64,000 bases of DNA from NCBI GenBank assembly GCA_043228905.1, contig JBHGNT010000009.1:18662001-18726000 (forward strand), read 5' to 3'. The notes below the pieces were generated by a model, which saw nothing but the letters and a program-made list of their open reading frames with translations, searched no databases and had not been told where the DNA came from. Positions 51,613 to 64,000 of the stretch are shown here, piece after piece (position 1 is the first letter of the stretch; the number at the start of each line of letters is the position of its first letter). Made by a program: the position numbers and the translations under genes. This DNA comes from Azolla caroliniana. Lineage: Eukaryota > Plantae > Polypodiophyta.

Positions 51613-52622
51613 TATATTGTTTCGTACAAATATTCGATGTATTTACTTTTTGAAGGGCATTTTTTTTGACAAACCGTCAATTTGACGGGCAAAAATTTTG
51701 GAATACTGTTCTCATGACAGGCAATGTTAGTCGTCAAAAGGCAACACTGGATATACATATGATTTCACATCCATCTAAAATGAAACCCTCTGAAAGTAAG
51801 AGTATTATTACCACCCCAAACCCTTGAGTGTTTCTTTATTTCCCCAAATGCCCCAAGTCAACCCGTTGAAAGCCCGTTTCCATATCTTATTGAAATAATT
51901 ATATGGTCAATTCACAACTTCTCCTCAATTCTAATGTGCCTTTGGGCAATTATATGATCAATTTATCTCACGTCTAATATGACATTTCAAAGTTTTTCCC
52001 AATAGAATTGCTTTAACATGGAGAGGCTAAACTCCCCATGTCTAACATGAGATTTCAAAGTTTTTCCCGATAAAATTGCTTTAACATGGAGAGGCACTAT
52101 TAAACTCTACAGACTACAAGATAAAGATGTATAGGTCATATTGGACCTTTTCATACAATAACATAATGTATCACTTTGTCTTTTCTGACACTCACACTCA
52201 CATATACACTCACTCATAAAAGTCACTCTAACTCCCACTCGATAAAAAAATGGGAATATTGTAACACAAAGAGACATCAATAGAATATCAATTAAAATAA
52301 CATGACCCATACTACATAGAATCTATAAAATGTTTTTTACACTATATTCATAAATAGGCACTGAAAGCAAAATTCCTAGGTAATCATTTCAACATAAATG
52401 TATCTTTGCCACTACAATGTTGAGATCGGCATTTCAAACAAAATAACTCCAAATTGTCAAAGAGTGAGGGAGAGGTGAGAGATGAAAGAGAATAAAAGAG
52501 AGTACAAAGAAAGAAACTTAAAGATGCATGCATACAAGAGTTCCAAAAAAAAAAGAAATACACACATTTATAAGGTAAGTTCTTATCAAATGAAGAAACA
52601 CACACACACACACAACTAACAA

Positions 52623-53090
52623 TAACAATCGGCAAGTGTTCAGTTCAATTCAGTTGAGAGTGTCAAAACTGAACCGGTTTGAAACCGAACCATTTAAAAA
52701 TTTCGAAACTTGAACTGAACCGAACCACAAAACCGTTTAAACCAAAGCATTAAGAAAATTCCAAACTGTTAAACTATTAAACCATTCAAATTGTAGTTTT
52801 GTGGTTTGGTTTCGGTTTTCAACTTCGGTCAAAATTCAAAATTCAAAATTTTCATTATTTTAAAATTTAAAGATTTTCGTAAAATGTGAGAATTAGGCTT
52901 AAGAATGAAAACATTGGTTTAAAATAAATAAATAAAAATTAAAAACCATCAAACCGTTAAAACCGTGGTTTCTAGCCATTGAAACCAAATTGAACTGATT
53001 AAAAAACTTGAACTTGAACCAAACCAAACTAAACCGTTTAAACCATTAGCCGTGGTTTCACGGTTCAGACCAAACTGTTGCCGATTGTTA
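52623..53090. mobile_element. Non-autonomous hAT-type MITE (468 bp)
   Basis: 13-bp TIRs TAACAATCGGCAA / TTGCCGATTGTTA; perfect 8-bp TSD ACTAACAA; many AAACC/GGTTT subterminal motifs. Confidence 0.9.
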
Positions 53091-53269
53091 ACTAACAATA
53101 ATCTATTAAGTAGAGAAGAATGAGAACTTGCACTAATACATAACCAATCAAAAGTGTTTGCATCTACTCCATATATATCCTTTGATATTTTTAAAGGATT
53201 TGTAAAAGTTTCACTACTCCATATAAAAAATAAGACAAATCTAGATGGTGCATGGTGTGTCTGGCTTTT

Positions 53270-53800
53270 CATTGTTGGTGACAGACATGTTGGAATGCCT
53301 ACATTGTTTCAGATGATAATCTTAATGGTGTTAGATTAGAGAAGCTCTTGAATTAGAAATAAAAAGGGCTCCCTTATTGATCTAGCTACCATTGAATTCA
53401 CTCAATTTAAGACCAATTGTTAAGTATCTGACACTTAGCACATTGGTTGTGGAGATTGTGGCACCAATGAAGGACAATGAGTTTAACTAAACATATGAAA
53501 AGTGAGACAAGACAAACCAAATAGGAAGCAATATAAGCCAGTGGGCAACTTAGTATGAAAAAGAAACAAGCCCACCTTTTTGTGTCTTTTGTAGCTCTTC
53601 TCCATTCTTAGAATTTCTCCTTTCCATTATGATACTAAAAGCTCCTTTATATCCTTAATCATTCATTAGAGTTAAGAGAGGTTAAGGTTAAGAGCTATGT
53701 AAGCCAACCCTAATCCCCTCCTATCGTATGGTGCTAAACCTCTTTGTGATAAGTAGTGGTGTTAATAATGTATCTTCTTGTTCTTACACTCTTGTCTATG

Positions 53801-53878
<78 letters not shown>

Positions 53879-54061
53879 GTAAGCTAGTAGCTTGAAGATA
53901 CTCAACAATCACCTTTGCCTTATTCACCACCAAAAGGGTACACGCATGTCCGAATCCAAGGCTAACGACATTGATGGGAGACAAAACTCCATTAGTTTAT
54001 AGAAGTACTTTTATGAGCTGCACAGAAACAATAGATAGATATTTGGTGCCATTGTCGGGGA
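53270..54061 (+). mobile_element. Probable Athila-like 5' LTR with PBS (left boundary approximate)
   Basis: TTTGGTGCCATTGTCGGGGA at 54042-54061 resembles the Athila tRNA-Asp PBS TGGCGCCGTTGCCGGGGA; upstream TATA and (GA)n. Confidence 0.5.
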
Positions 54062-54599
54062 TATGACTGACGCTAGAATCTATCGAGGAGCTTTGCATAA
54101 GCTCACTAGGGAAGCTACTTAGCATAGGACGATATTAAGAAGGTGAAATATTTCTTGTTTTTAGTTAGTTATGTCAAACTAGTTAACTTAATTAATTTAT
54201 CATCATTTTCTCCATTTTCTTTTCTCTTTTTAACTTAATTGCCCAAACATTAGCTTGTTCACTATCTAGTTTAACAAGTGTTGTGTTAAGTATATTTTTT
54301 TGGTCTTTGCTAGGTTTGTTGCGATGTGATTAGCACTAATTGGCATTCCTAACCACCCACAAAATTTGAATATTTATTGGCCCCATTTTTTCTCTTGTTG
54401 GATGCCAATTTCAAAATTTGTTGATTATTTGGTGCCAAAATTCCAAAAACCATAACAGTCAACAAACACCCAGTGTTTGAGTCCTAAAAAGAGCTAAAAA
54501 ATTCAATTGAAGGTCTTGCGCACATTCACATTCGACTTCGACTTCCTAGTCGTATTCGACTTCCTAAACCGATTCAATGGGAGAACTACAACTATCACA

Positions 54600-56710
54600 T
54601 TTTAAATCCTGGTAGTGTCCCCGCATCCATGACTTCACATTAATGCCATAATGTGTCAACAACCATCTAAATAACACAACTTTTTTAGGAATTTGCATGG
54701 CCCATAACCATTTCCAATAAGCATTCATCCAAGAATCTCTTACATTACCAAATCTCCAAAATTTACAAGCTGTTGGTGTACAGTCACACCTCTCCTTAAC
54801 ATTTCTCTACCCATTTTTATCGAATATTGAAAAAATGGGATTTTGTTACCCAACATTCCTTGTGCTGATCTGATTTGCCATTTCCACTCACTAGGATCCC
54901 ACAAAAGACGATCAATGGGCTTATTCTCATAGAGCCATAAATTAGAGAGATTGTTTACATCATTTGGATGTGGGTTCAATATCCATTTTTTATCTTTCTT
55001 CCACAATATATGAATAGGGAACCTATTCCCTTGAGTTACAATTTCATCTTCCACAAAGAGAGAATGAAGTTGTCCAGAAGGCAAAACATCGAAGTAAAGG
55101 CATTCATGAGCGTTTTTATAACCCCTAACCCCCAATAAGACATGTAGGGCTGAAAACATATGATACCAAAACAGACTAGTTTGAGAAGGCTGAAAGGAAG
55201 ATATTGTAAAGACTCTATCCATTTCTGCATTCATAATGTTCCCTCCCCAAATTGTACTACAAACATGGGTTTTGTTTTCCATCGTTGAAGAAGAAAAGGT
55301 CGGCCAATTCCAAACTAACTTAGCTTCACCTTTATCAAAGTCAACCCAATTCAACCTAGTTCTCTTCCCTAACATTACCCCCTCTTCTGATGTAAATAGT
55401 GGGTTCAATATGAGGGGTTGATGCAACCATTCCTCCTTACATGATGGTAGAGATTGGACTAAGTTATGTTTCAAATCCCACCATGCCTTCATGATACCCC
55501 TAAAAAACTTATCTTGGCGAAAAATATCAATGGAATGGTTAAAATATCTTAAAAACCACCATCTAATACTATCTTTCCAATTGCCATTGGTAGAAGGCAT
55601 AACTTTAGCCATTCTCTGGGCCTTAAGATTTTTTTGCAAGGCTCCCCACTAGGCAACAAACCTCTGATAATAAATTTTCCCAATAAAGCCCTACATTGTA
55701 AAAGAGGCTCAATCAATCCAAGACCACCCTTGTCTTTTGGAGTTGTAATAACTTTCCAAGATACCTTGGCTCTCACATAAGAACAATCTTTAGATCCCCA
55801 AAGGAAATTTCTAATAAGCCTTTGTACTTGTGATAAAGCAAAACGTGAGCACAACCAAGCCGATAAAATGTACCACATGGAAGCTAACAATACTTGATTG
55901 GCAACAACAACCCTTCCTGCCAATGACAATTTAACAGTATTCCAATATAACAATTTCTTCCTTATAGCAAGCAACAGAGGAGCTACATGATCTTCTGGCG
56001 AGAGATTAATACCTACCTGACATCCCAAGTATCTTATAGGTTTACCATGCGGAATCCATTGAGACCCTTCTTGTGGACACCACAAAGGGTTTAGTTACCT
56101 ACCCAGAACCCCACCGATTTATTCCAATTAATAACAGATCCAAGAAGCATAACAAAATGTATCGATAGCCTGTTGTACTCTAGAAAGATTATCCTTAGAA
56201 CCTTGCAAATACAAGGTTGTATCGTCAGCAAATTGACAATCCACAACTTGTTCCTCTAACCATGGCCATTGTAGCCCTTTTATATTCATAATATTACTTG
56301 TAAGAAAACTACTAAAAGCTTCTCCGATCATCAAATATAAAAAAGGAGCCAATTGACATCCCTGTCTCACTGACCTCGAAATTGTGAATGGTTGGCCTAA
56401 ATCTCCATCTATTAATACCCTACTAGTAGCTGAGTTGTAAAGAGCTGAGACAACCGTTAACCATTGATTAGGAAAACCCAACTTTTCCATGGTACCCCTC
56501 AAAAAAGACCTTGTGAATTCTTGGCCTAACTCTCCATCTACTAATACCCTACTAGTAGCTGAGTTGTAAAGAGCTGAGACAATCGTTAACCATTGATTAG
56601 GAAAACCCAACTTTTCCATGGTACCCCTCAAAAAAGACCTTGTGAATTCTTGGCCTAACTCTCCATCTACTAATACCCTACTAGTAGCTGAGTTGTAAAG
56701 AGCCGAGACA
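54600..56710 (-). mobile_element. L1-like LINE ORF2 fragment (RT and C-terminal region), 5'-truncated
   Basis: SRSVRQGCQLAPFLY, QFADDT, YLG, LSLAGRVVVANQVL, FLWG and KGGLG motifs; frameshifts; a 120-bp block occurs ~2.5 times at 56409-56710. Confidence 0.9.
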
Positions 56711-57299
56711 CCCGTATTCGAGTTCTTTATCGTATTCAAGTTCCGGAAAAAAACAATTTGAGTTCTTGAGTGTGTTCAAGTTTGAGTTCCTAGTCGGATC
56801 TGAGTTTTTCATTGGATTCTAGTTCCAAAAAAAAAACAATTTGAGTTCTTGAGCATGTTCGAGTTTGAGTTCCTAGTCGGATCCAAGTTTTTCATTGGAT
56901 TCTAGTTTAAAAAAAAAACAATTTGAGTTCCTTGTAAGATCTGAGTTCTTCATTGCATTAGAATTCCAAAATAAATAAATAAATAAAATCCAAGTAGATC
57001 GAATGGATTTTGTTTTATTGTTTTGGGAACTCAAATGTGATGAGGAACTCAAATCCAATGAAGAACTTAGATTCAACTAAGAACTCGAATTTGATAAAGA
57101 ACTTGGGTATCGAATTAACATTAACAAACCCTTATTACACATAAATAGATTAAGCAAAATGAACATGGATCATAATGACATAACGATAAATACATATAGT
57201 AATAACGTCCTTCCATTACATGTCCAACAATTGCATTAGGAAAGGGGTCTTTGCATAACCTTCTATAAGCAGTGGTACAATATCTATGAATTTACTTAT

Positions 57300-58700
57300 A
57301 TTCTAGAGTCAACTGAGAATATGCACTCAATACCAAGTCTAATTATATAGTTTGACTCATTACATTTAGTTGAGGTTACATAAGGTGTGTTTACACCTGA
57401 GGGTGTGTTGTCCTTTAAGGTTGAGACGTATTTGTGAGACACTCTCTCAAGCTCCACTAAGTAGTGGTTGATAGCCTAATCACAACTAATCACAAAAATT
57501 CTTAGTGCACTTGTTTGGGTCGTCTCTTCTTGTTGGTTTAAGACGAATTTGACTAGTGTTGACCTTTATAGATCTTGGTTAATTGAACTTGGTTTCAACT
57601 TCATTGTCATTGGTAGAGATTGGACGATCTTGTTTATCTATAAGCTTATTCGGTAACATAATCACTCGCATCGAATTCAACCTAAAAAGGTATTGATGGA
57701 TATGGTAAAAGAAGCAAAAGAGTCTTGCACACATGTTCCTTGAGTTTTGTAAATGCGAGATCTAATGTAGCATTCCATACTATCAGCTTTTTAGACTTAC
57801 GTGTTTGACCTTTAAGAAGATCAATAAACGACATCGTCAATTGGGAGTAATTGTGAAGAGATGTTCTAAAAAACTTGACAAAACCAAGGAATAATAAAAC
57901 TTTTTAAATATTTCAATTGAGTGGGCCAAAGCTTGAATTTCTCGGTACTAGAAGGATCGATTGTCACTCCTCTTTTGGTTTTGAGATGTTTGAGACATGT
58001 AATTGATTTCTTGAACAACTCACATGTCAAGATCTTTGCATATAGTTGTTTGTCACAGTACGTTTCTAGAACGAAGTGAAAATGTTTACTATGTTTAATG
58101 TACGGTTATGAACTAGAATATCATCCAAGAAAATAACGAAATTTTTTCCAAGTTATTCTCGGAAGATGTTATTCATTTCTTGTTGAAACGTGTCGGAGCA
58201 TAAGTCAAACCAAAAGGCATGATCAAAAACTCATAATGGCCATAATGCGTATGAAATAGTATTTTAGGAACATCATACTCACTTATAAGAAATTAATGGA
58301 GATGATCAATCAAATCATCTACCCAATGCAATGGATATGAATTCTTGATCGTCATTTTATTAAAACATCGGTAATTAATACATATAAGCCATGCACCCTC
58401 TTTCTTTTTTACGAAGAAAACTAGTGCAACCCATGGAGATTTACTATAACATGTATACCCATGTGTAAATATTCCTTGAAATGCTTAGAGATCTCATCCT
58501 CTTTGGATCGACTAAATTAGTACACAAGTATACTTATTGGTGCAATCTCAAGTAAAAGATCTATACAATGGTCTATATTACATTGAGGAGGTAATCCATG
58601 TGGTAGATCACTTGGAAAACCATCACGAACATCATTTAGCATTTTATCAAGTAGAACCATGTGATAGAGAGGAAACAATTGAAGAATATTGTTTTTTAAC
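57300..58700 (-). pseudogene. Heavily decayed Ty3/Gypsy RT-RNase H fragment
   Basis: LPHGLPPQCNIDHCIDL at ~58560-58610 and [13 protein letters not shown] at ~58203-58241; many stops. Confidence 0.7.
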
Positions 58701-59280
58701 AAATTGAATAAAATGGGCACAACCGTTATGCATGTGACACGGTCGCCATAGGTTGAGAGCGAGTCGCAAGGACACACTATAATTAGGACTTTGTGGAAGA
58801 CTAATCACAGACTTAATCACTTGAGGAAGTTACTAAAAGCACTTAGTACATAATACAATATTAAAAAGAGATACATGGCAAAAACTCTTTTATTAATAAT
58901 GATGGTATTTACAATACAATGGATGTCTATTATTCAGCTTGTGTGTGTGTGACTCTCTCTCTCTCTTTCATACACACACACACATAGAGGAAGCAAATTG
59001 TCTTATACCACTCTAAGATTCTCTCGAATGCACTCTCTTTGTGATCACATCCTTCTAGTTAATGCTATGTGTCTGCATCCACCAGCCACATAAATCTCAC
59101 CTTCATGTGCAATATCAATTAAAAGGAGGGGGGGGATTTTTCCAGAAATACAACTACTTTCAGCAAAAACTTTAGGGTTCCTGTTACAGGATGGATTCTT
59201 CCATGGCACAATGTGAATGGTTTCTACTCAATCCAAGGAGGATCTGGTTTCCCCTGATGGTGTGCTAACTGACTCTACAA

Positions 59281-59565
59281 CTTCTGATTAGATAGATGGA
59301 TTTTATTGTTCATCCACCAAGGTCGTACAAATACCATGGATTGAATCTAAAACCTTCTGCTTAGATAGATATAAAGATTTTATTGTTCATCCTCCAATGT
59401 CACACAAACACCATGGATTGAATCTTAAACTTTCTGATTAGATGCATAGATTTTATTGTTCATCCACCAAGGTCATACAAATACCATGGATTGAATCTAA
59501 AACTTTCTGATTAGATACATAGATTTTATTGTTCATCCAACAAGGTCATACTAAATACCATGGAT
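59281..59565. repeat. Minisatellite, 4 x ~73-77 bp, within an LTR-like region (~58733-59842)
   Basis: Unit ttctgattagata...gattttattgttcatccaccaaggtc...ataccatggattgaatctaaaac. Confidence 0.85.
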
Positions 59566-60498
59566 GGCAATGAAGATATTATTGCAATGCCATTGTTTTA
59601 GAGGAAAGTTTGTTAGGGAGTGGATGCGATCTCGATCGAGAGATGTCTGAAGGTGTCGAGCTCAAGAGCACACCTTTGTGTGTGAAAATGCACCACACTC
59701 CCTAGGGGCACATGGACCTTAAGGGCACTCTTAAGAAGAGTGTAAAGTTCACTCTTTAAGGAAAGGTGTGGGAGATGTGACTAAAGTTCACTCTATAAGG
59801 AAGGGTGTGGGAAATGTGACAATAGTGGACCACCGTACAACATTCCACTCACTCTTCCCACCAATGAATTATACCATGAATACATTGGTTTAGACTTCTA
59901 TGCAAACACGCCTAGAATGTTCAATATAAGAGTCAAGACAAGGCCCCACATACACAACCAACTTGTGTCTCTTTTGGTATGACATAGACACATAGTCTAC
60001 TTATATCTACTTTAATTTGTACTTGGCCCTCAATTGGACTAGTCTACTTATGAGGGAGGGCGGGGGAGGGGGAGGGGTAAGGTCGTGAAATATGACATGT
60101 CAAACATTGTCTGCTTTATGACTCAACTAATACATGTGATAGAGATAGATTTAATTATCATTCTTGGAGGTAAAATACGCATTGGAATAGTTAAGACCAT
60201 GTCTTCACAAGCCATGCTATATAAAATAGGTACCTAACATTGGTTAAGATGTACACCCGATGATTGAACTTCGAAGTTCATAAGCAATATCTCATATCTT
60301 GACAAACTGAGTCCCACCTTATGACTCAAAGGATGATGTCATAACACTATGAAGTTCCATAGGTCTTGACATATACCGTTAACATCCAAGGGGAGATCGA
60401 AAACAATATATGTGATGACACGAAGCCCATGAAGAAGTCCAGTTATAAATCCTGTTGATCTTGAACAACATGGCAAAGAAGGTAATGTCTGTCCCCAA

Positions 60499-60707
60499 CT
60501 AGGGTTTCCCCTATTTTGTCTACGGTCTTATTCTATCCAAATGTTTGTCACCACCTAGGGTTTCCCTTGTTCTGTCTATGTCCTTACTCTATCCAAATGT
60601 TTGTTGACACCTAGGGTTTCCCTTGTTTTGTCTATGGTCTTACTCTATCCAAATGTTTGTTGCCAATTAACTTTACCCTATTCTGTCTATGGTCTTACTC
60701 TATCCAA
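60499..60707. repeat. Minisatellite, 4 x ~55 bp, upstream of the CAN-like gene
   Basis: Unit ctagggtttccc...tgtctatggtcttactctatccaaatgtttgt. Confidence 0.85.
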
Positions 60708-61137
60708 ACGCGCGCCAGATACATACATATTGGGTTCCAATCTGAGATATAGCTACACTAGGGTGGAAGTCCCATAGGTGTTGTTGGCTACTGAAGTCTC
60801 AAAGGTGGGGCACACGAGCAACAATGATTCCTACGATTTCTTTACTTTTTATTTCACCATTGCTCGAGAAATGCACTCAATCGATCCGATAGTCTCATCC
60901 TCACTACAGAAGTATGTATGTATAGTGAAGTCAGTCAAAAAGGAGATACCCAAAGTGTGAAACCAAATGTAAGACAAATAATATAAACTAACTCTTTGTT
61001 TTTCTATACTTTCCTGCTCTTTGTGTTCCTCTTGTTCTAAATTTCAATGTGAAGAAGAAGAAGAAGAAGAAAGAAGGAAGAAGTAGAAGAAAGAAGAAGA
61101 AGAAGAAGAAGAAGAAGAAAGAAGGAAGAAGGAGAAG

Positions 61138-63541
61138 ATGGGGAACACTATGAGAAGGCTCTGTGGTGAATTCTTATTGGAACCAGAACAGAGTAATGGA
61201 AACTCAGGTAATGCTCATGAGTATCAGCCCCCATCGGCTCCTCATGGGGTCTCCACTGAAACAGCCGGACATGCCGCTTTGGCTCGTGACCTTCTTCAGT
61301 TTGAAGTGACTGGCCAGGTATTCTCTCTGCTCTTCCCCTGTCATTTTTCCATACATGATTATCTTGCACCTTTCCCTTTCAATGCAGTAAACAGGAATGC
61401 TCTTTTTGTTGTTGTTGCTGCTGTTGTTGATTTCTTTCCCCATCCCCCATATATGTAGGTCCCTCATCGACTCCGCAACAATGTTGGATCATCAATAGCT
61501 GCACAAAAGAAATTGTGAGGATATACACTTTCTACACTTTTGTTTACTATGAAGAATTCTTCTTTTTTGATGTGATTCACTAGCAAGTCATGATGCCTGT
61601 TTGTTCACTTCGGTCAGAGATAATGAATGATGTGTGATATGATCCGAGTCTTAAGCATAGGTATTTTTGCATATCCTGATAATAATGTGTGATATGATCC
61701 GAGTCTTAAGCATAGGTATTTGCATATCCTAGATTACTCAACTTGTATATGGCTGCTTGTTAATGGAGACAATCAGCGAAAATCTGCACCCAATTTCAGT
61801 GGTGGCAAAAAAATAACATGCATGATTGTGACTTTTATTCATAAAAAACATCTTTTAGGTATGCAAATTTGCTAAAAGCTTGGAAGGCAGCAAGAACACC
61901 TCCAAGCAATGCTAGAGAGGCCTCATTGCTTGTGCTTCAAAATGTTCAAGGACTCTCCAAGACTGATATTGAGGTAACAAAGCTCATTTAAAATGTAGAA
62001 CACTTTACTCACATATGCAGTGCAATAATGGTGTTACCCAATAATATGATGTGTTTAGGGCATTTTATCTTTCTATGGTCTTCCATCGTCAGCTCCATCA
62101 TTATCCTCATCATCAATTTGTGTGGATATTCCGGATCCTACAGTAACTACTGCAACCGGGAAACGCCCGTGGCAGAAAGGTGTACAATATGAGATGGAGA
62201 CGCTCCCGGTACCATATGAACCACACATTTATTGTCATAGTTGTAAGAGATAGTTAATATATCTAATTTTTCCTATTACCACCATACCCTAGTGGTAAGC
62301 AAAGTTTTACTAGCCCTTGCACTTGGGTTCAAATCTCACACTACTTTACTGTATATAAGATGTGCCACTCCCTTTCTTTTAAGTGTATGAAAGGCAGATA
62401 GCCATGCAGCAGTTGATGGGGACGGTTTGGTTGTTTATGTTGATACGAACGATGATTCAGAAGAAGCTATTCCCCATCATGTTCAAGAAACCATAGAGAA
62501 ATGGAGAAAGTCTCGGGAACAACGGAATTACAAGGCAGCTGAGGCCTTGCAGAAACAGATAAGCAAAGTTGGCTATAAGTGAGATCATCATTTAACACCT
62601 GCAATATATATATATATATATACACATATATATGTATAGGATGGCTAATCATAATTAGGAACTTCTATATGATATTCTTTCTATGAATGATTTTTGCTTC
62701 TTTTACTTATAGTGAATTATTCTACAGAGTCTTTGATTCGAAAAATGGTGATGATGAGATAATTGGACGGAAATACAGAATTCGGCTTAGGTGAGAGATT
62801 CAGTTGACAATTTGAAGTAGAGGACCGATATGTGATTTTTGTTAATAGATATAGGTTGAATTAATGGAAAAATAAGGTGGTTTTGTTGATAGAGGTGTAG
62901 ATGCACCTGAGAATAGCCAACCATATGGGCTTGAATCAAAAGCTATGCTTCAAAGCATAGTGAATGGAAAACCTTTACGTCTTCGTGTTTATGGTGTGGA
63001 TCAATATAGGCGCATAGTTGCCGATGTTCATTGTTCTCAGGGTTTTGTTCAGGTATGAAAATAAGAATGGTCACTAAATACTCTTGTTTTTTAGCAGACA
63101 GATATACCTTATCTTAAGCTCGTGTGTTTTGATAGGAGATTCTTTTAAAAAAAGGGGGTTGCTGGCATTACACTACGTACGATAACCGTCCAGAATTTGC
63201 AAAGGTATACATATATATATCCACATATCTTTTGCATTGCTTTCTCTATAGAATGAATGCATGGATCTAAATACTGTTAGTTTATATAAGAAGATGCATT
63301 CTTTTGGCCACTATTTTAAGATGTTGAAATCATCGCTGTGTTAAATCATTGTGAAATGCAATTAAGCTTACACGAGATGCATGTTTGTTTGTGCTGGATT
63401 GAAAACATGTAAATGTCACAGTGGGAATTAGGAGCTCGGAAAAGAAGGTTAGGTTTATGGGAAGATGACAATCCAGAGAAACCATGGGATTATAGAAAGA
63501 AGCAGAACAGAGATGGAACACCAAAGTGTTTAACTAAATAA
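61138..63541 (+). CDS. CAN1: Staphylococcal-like Ca2+-dependent nuclease (CAN1/CAN2 family)
   Basis: Nine GT-AG exons (61138-61317, 61459-61514, 61859-61973, 62059-62208, ~62394-62578, ~62729-62789, ~62893-63052, ~63136-63204, 63422-63541). MGN..R.LC acylation-type N-terminus; DGDG, RIRLRGVDAPE, DQY.R, CWHY, GLW...NPEKPWDYRK. The family call is firm; CAN1 versus CAN2 cannot be resolved. Confidence 0.92.
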
Positions 63542-64000
63542 GATTACTTTGTTTTCTTAAAACCAAACAAATGTACAAATATATTTTCCTAAATTTGACA
63601 GGAGAATTATGTACTAAAAATTCACCTGGTAACCTACACAACATCACTCATAAACATATGTCAGTGTTTAATTGTAATATATTATATTCCCCAAAAGCTC
63701 ACAAATACTGCGTGAGGTAAATTGAAATGGTTTGGAGCTCTTTATGCTGAATAGACGATTTAACATTCCTTTCAAATATGTTAAGTGCATACCCACCACT
63801 TAAGTGTGGCATTCTATTAAATGCGCTTTTTAGATAAAAAAATCCAGATAAAGAAATTTACATCGTTTCATGATGAAATTACATAAAACCAAATTGAAAC
63901 TATGTTCTAAACATTCAAAAAACAACAAAACCATCAACAAAAATCAGATTTGTTCCACTAACTCCAAATTTTGTAGCCTTTGTTAATCATTTAAAAGAAG

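Larger units (their letters stand above)
47116..51749 (+). mobile_element. Complete hAT DNA transposon carrying an RPS7 cDNA copy
   Basis: TIRs CAGTGTTGCCTTTTG / CAAAAGGCAACACTG; perfect 8-bp TSD GATATACA (47108-47115, 51750-51757); AAACCGTCAAT(C)TTGACGGG motif in both subterminal regions (~47191, ~51671). Confidence 0.97.

Noticed and set aside
58733-59842. Solo LTR call (TGTGACACGGT...ACCGTACAACA)
   Set aside because: Termini are only partly complementary and no TSD was found; only the internal minisatellite is reported.
62288-62345. tRNA gene in CAN intron 4
   Set aside because: Only weak A/B-box similarity and no full cloverleaf; at most a SINE remnant.

Overview
Repeat-rich land-plant nuclear DNA; the TE and gene content suggest a non-seed plant such as a fern, which is inference only. 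1-7.9 kb: a decayed two-gene DNA transposon. A + strand Sola1/DUF7869-like DDD transposase sits head-to-head with a - strand gene carrying a ParB/Srx-like motif, and an array of about 8 copies of a 23-bp palindrome lies between them; four solo LTRs interrupt the two genes. 8-12 kb: LTR retrotransposon remnants. 12.8-38.6 kb: a recent complex tandem duplication of the 3' part of a divergent sterol 4-methyl oxidase (SMO1-like) gene. A 15-kb Ty3/Gypsy element with a large extra ORF inserted into it and itself hosts a young full-length Ty1/Copia. One intact SMO1-like gene (37.4-38.6 kb, -) and an inverted SMO1-like pseudogene (45-46 kb, +) follow. 47.1-51.7 kb: a complete hAT element (15-bp TIRs, 8-bp TSD, intact transposase) carrying an intronless RPS7 cDNA copy. 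Then a hAT-type MITE, Athila-like LTR, L1 and Gypsy fragments, minisatellites, and an intact 9-exon staphylococcal-like Ca2+-dependent nuclease (CAN-like) gene at 61.1-63.5 kb. All homology calls come from motif recognition by eye; no database searches were run.
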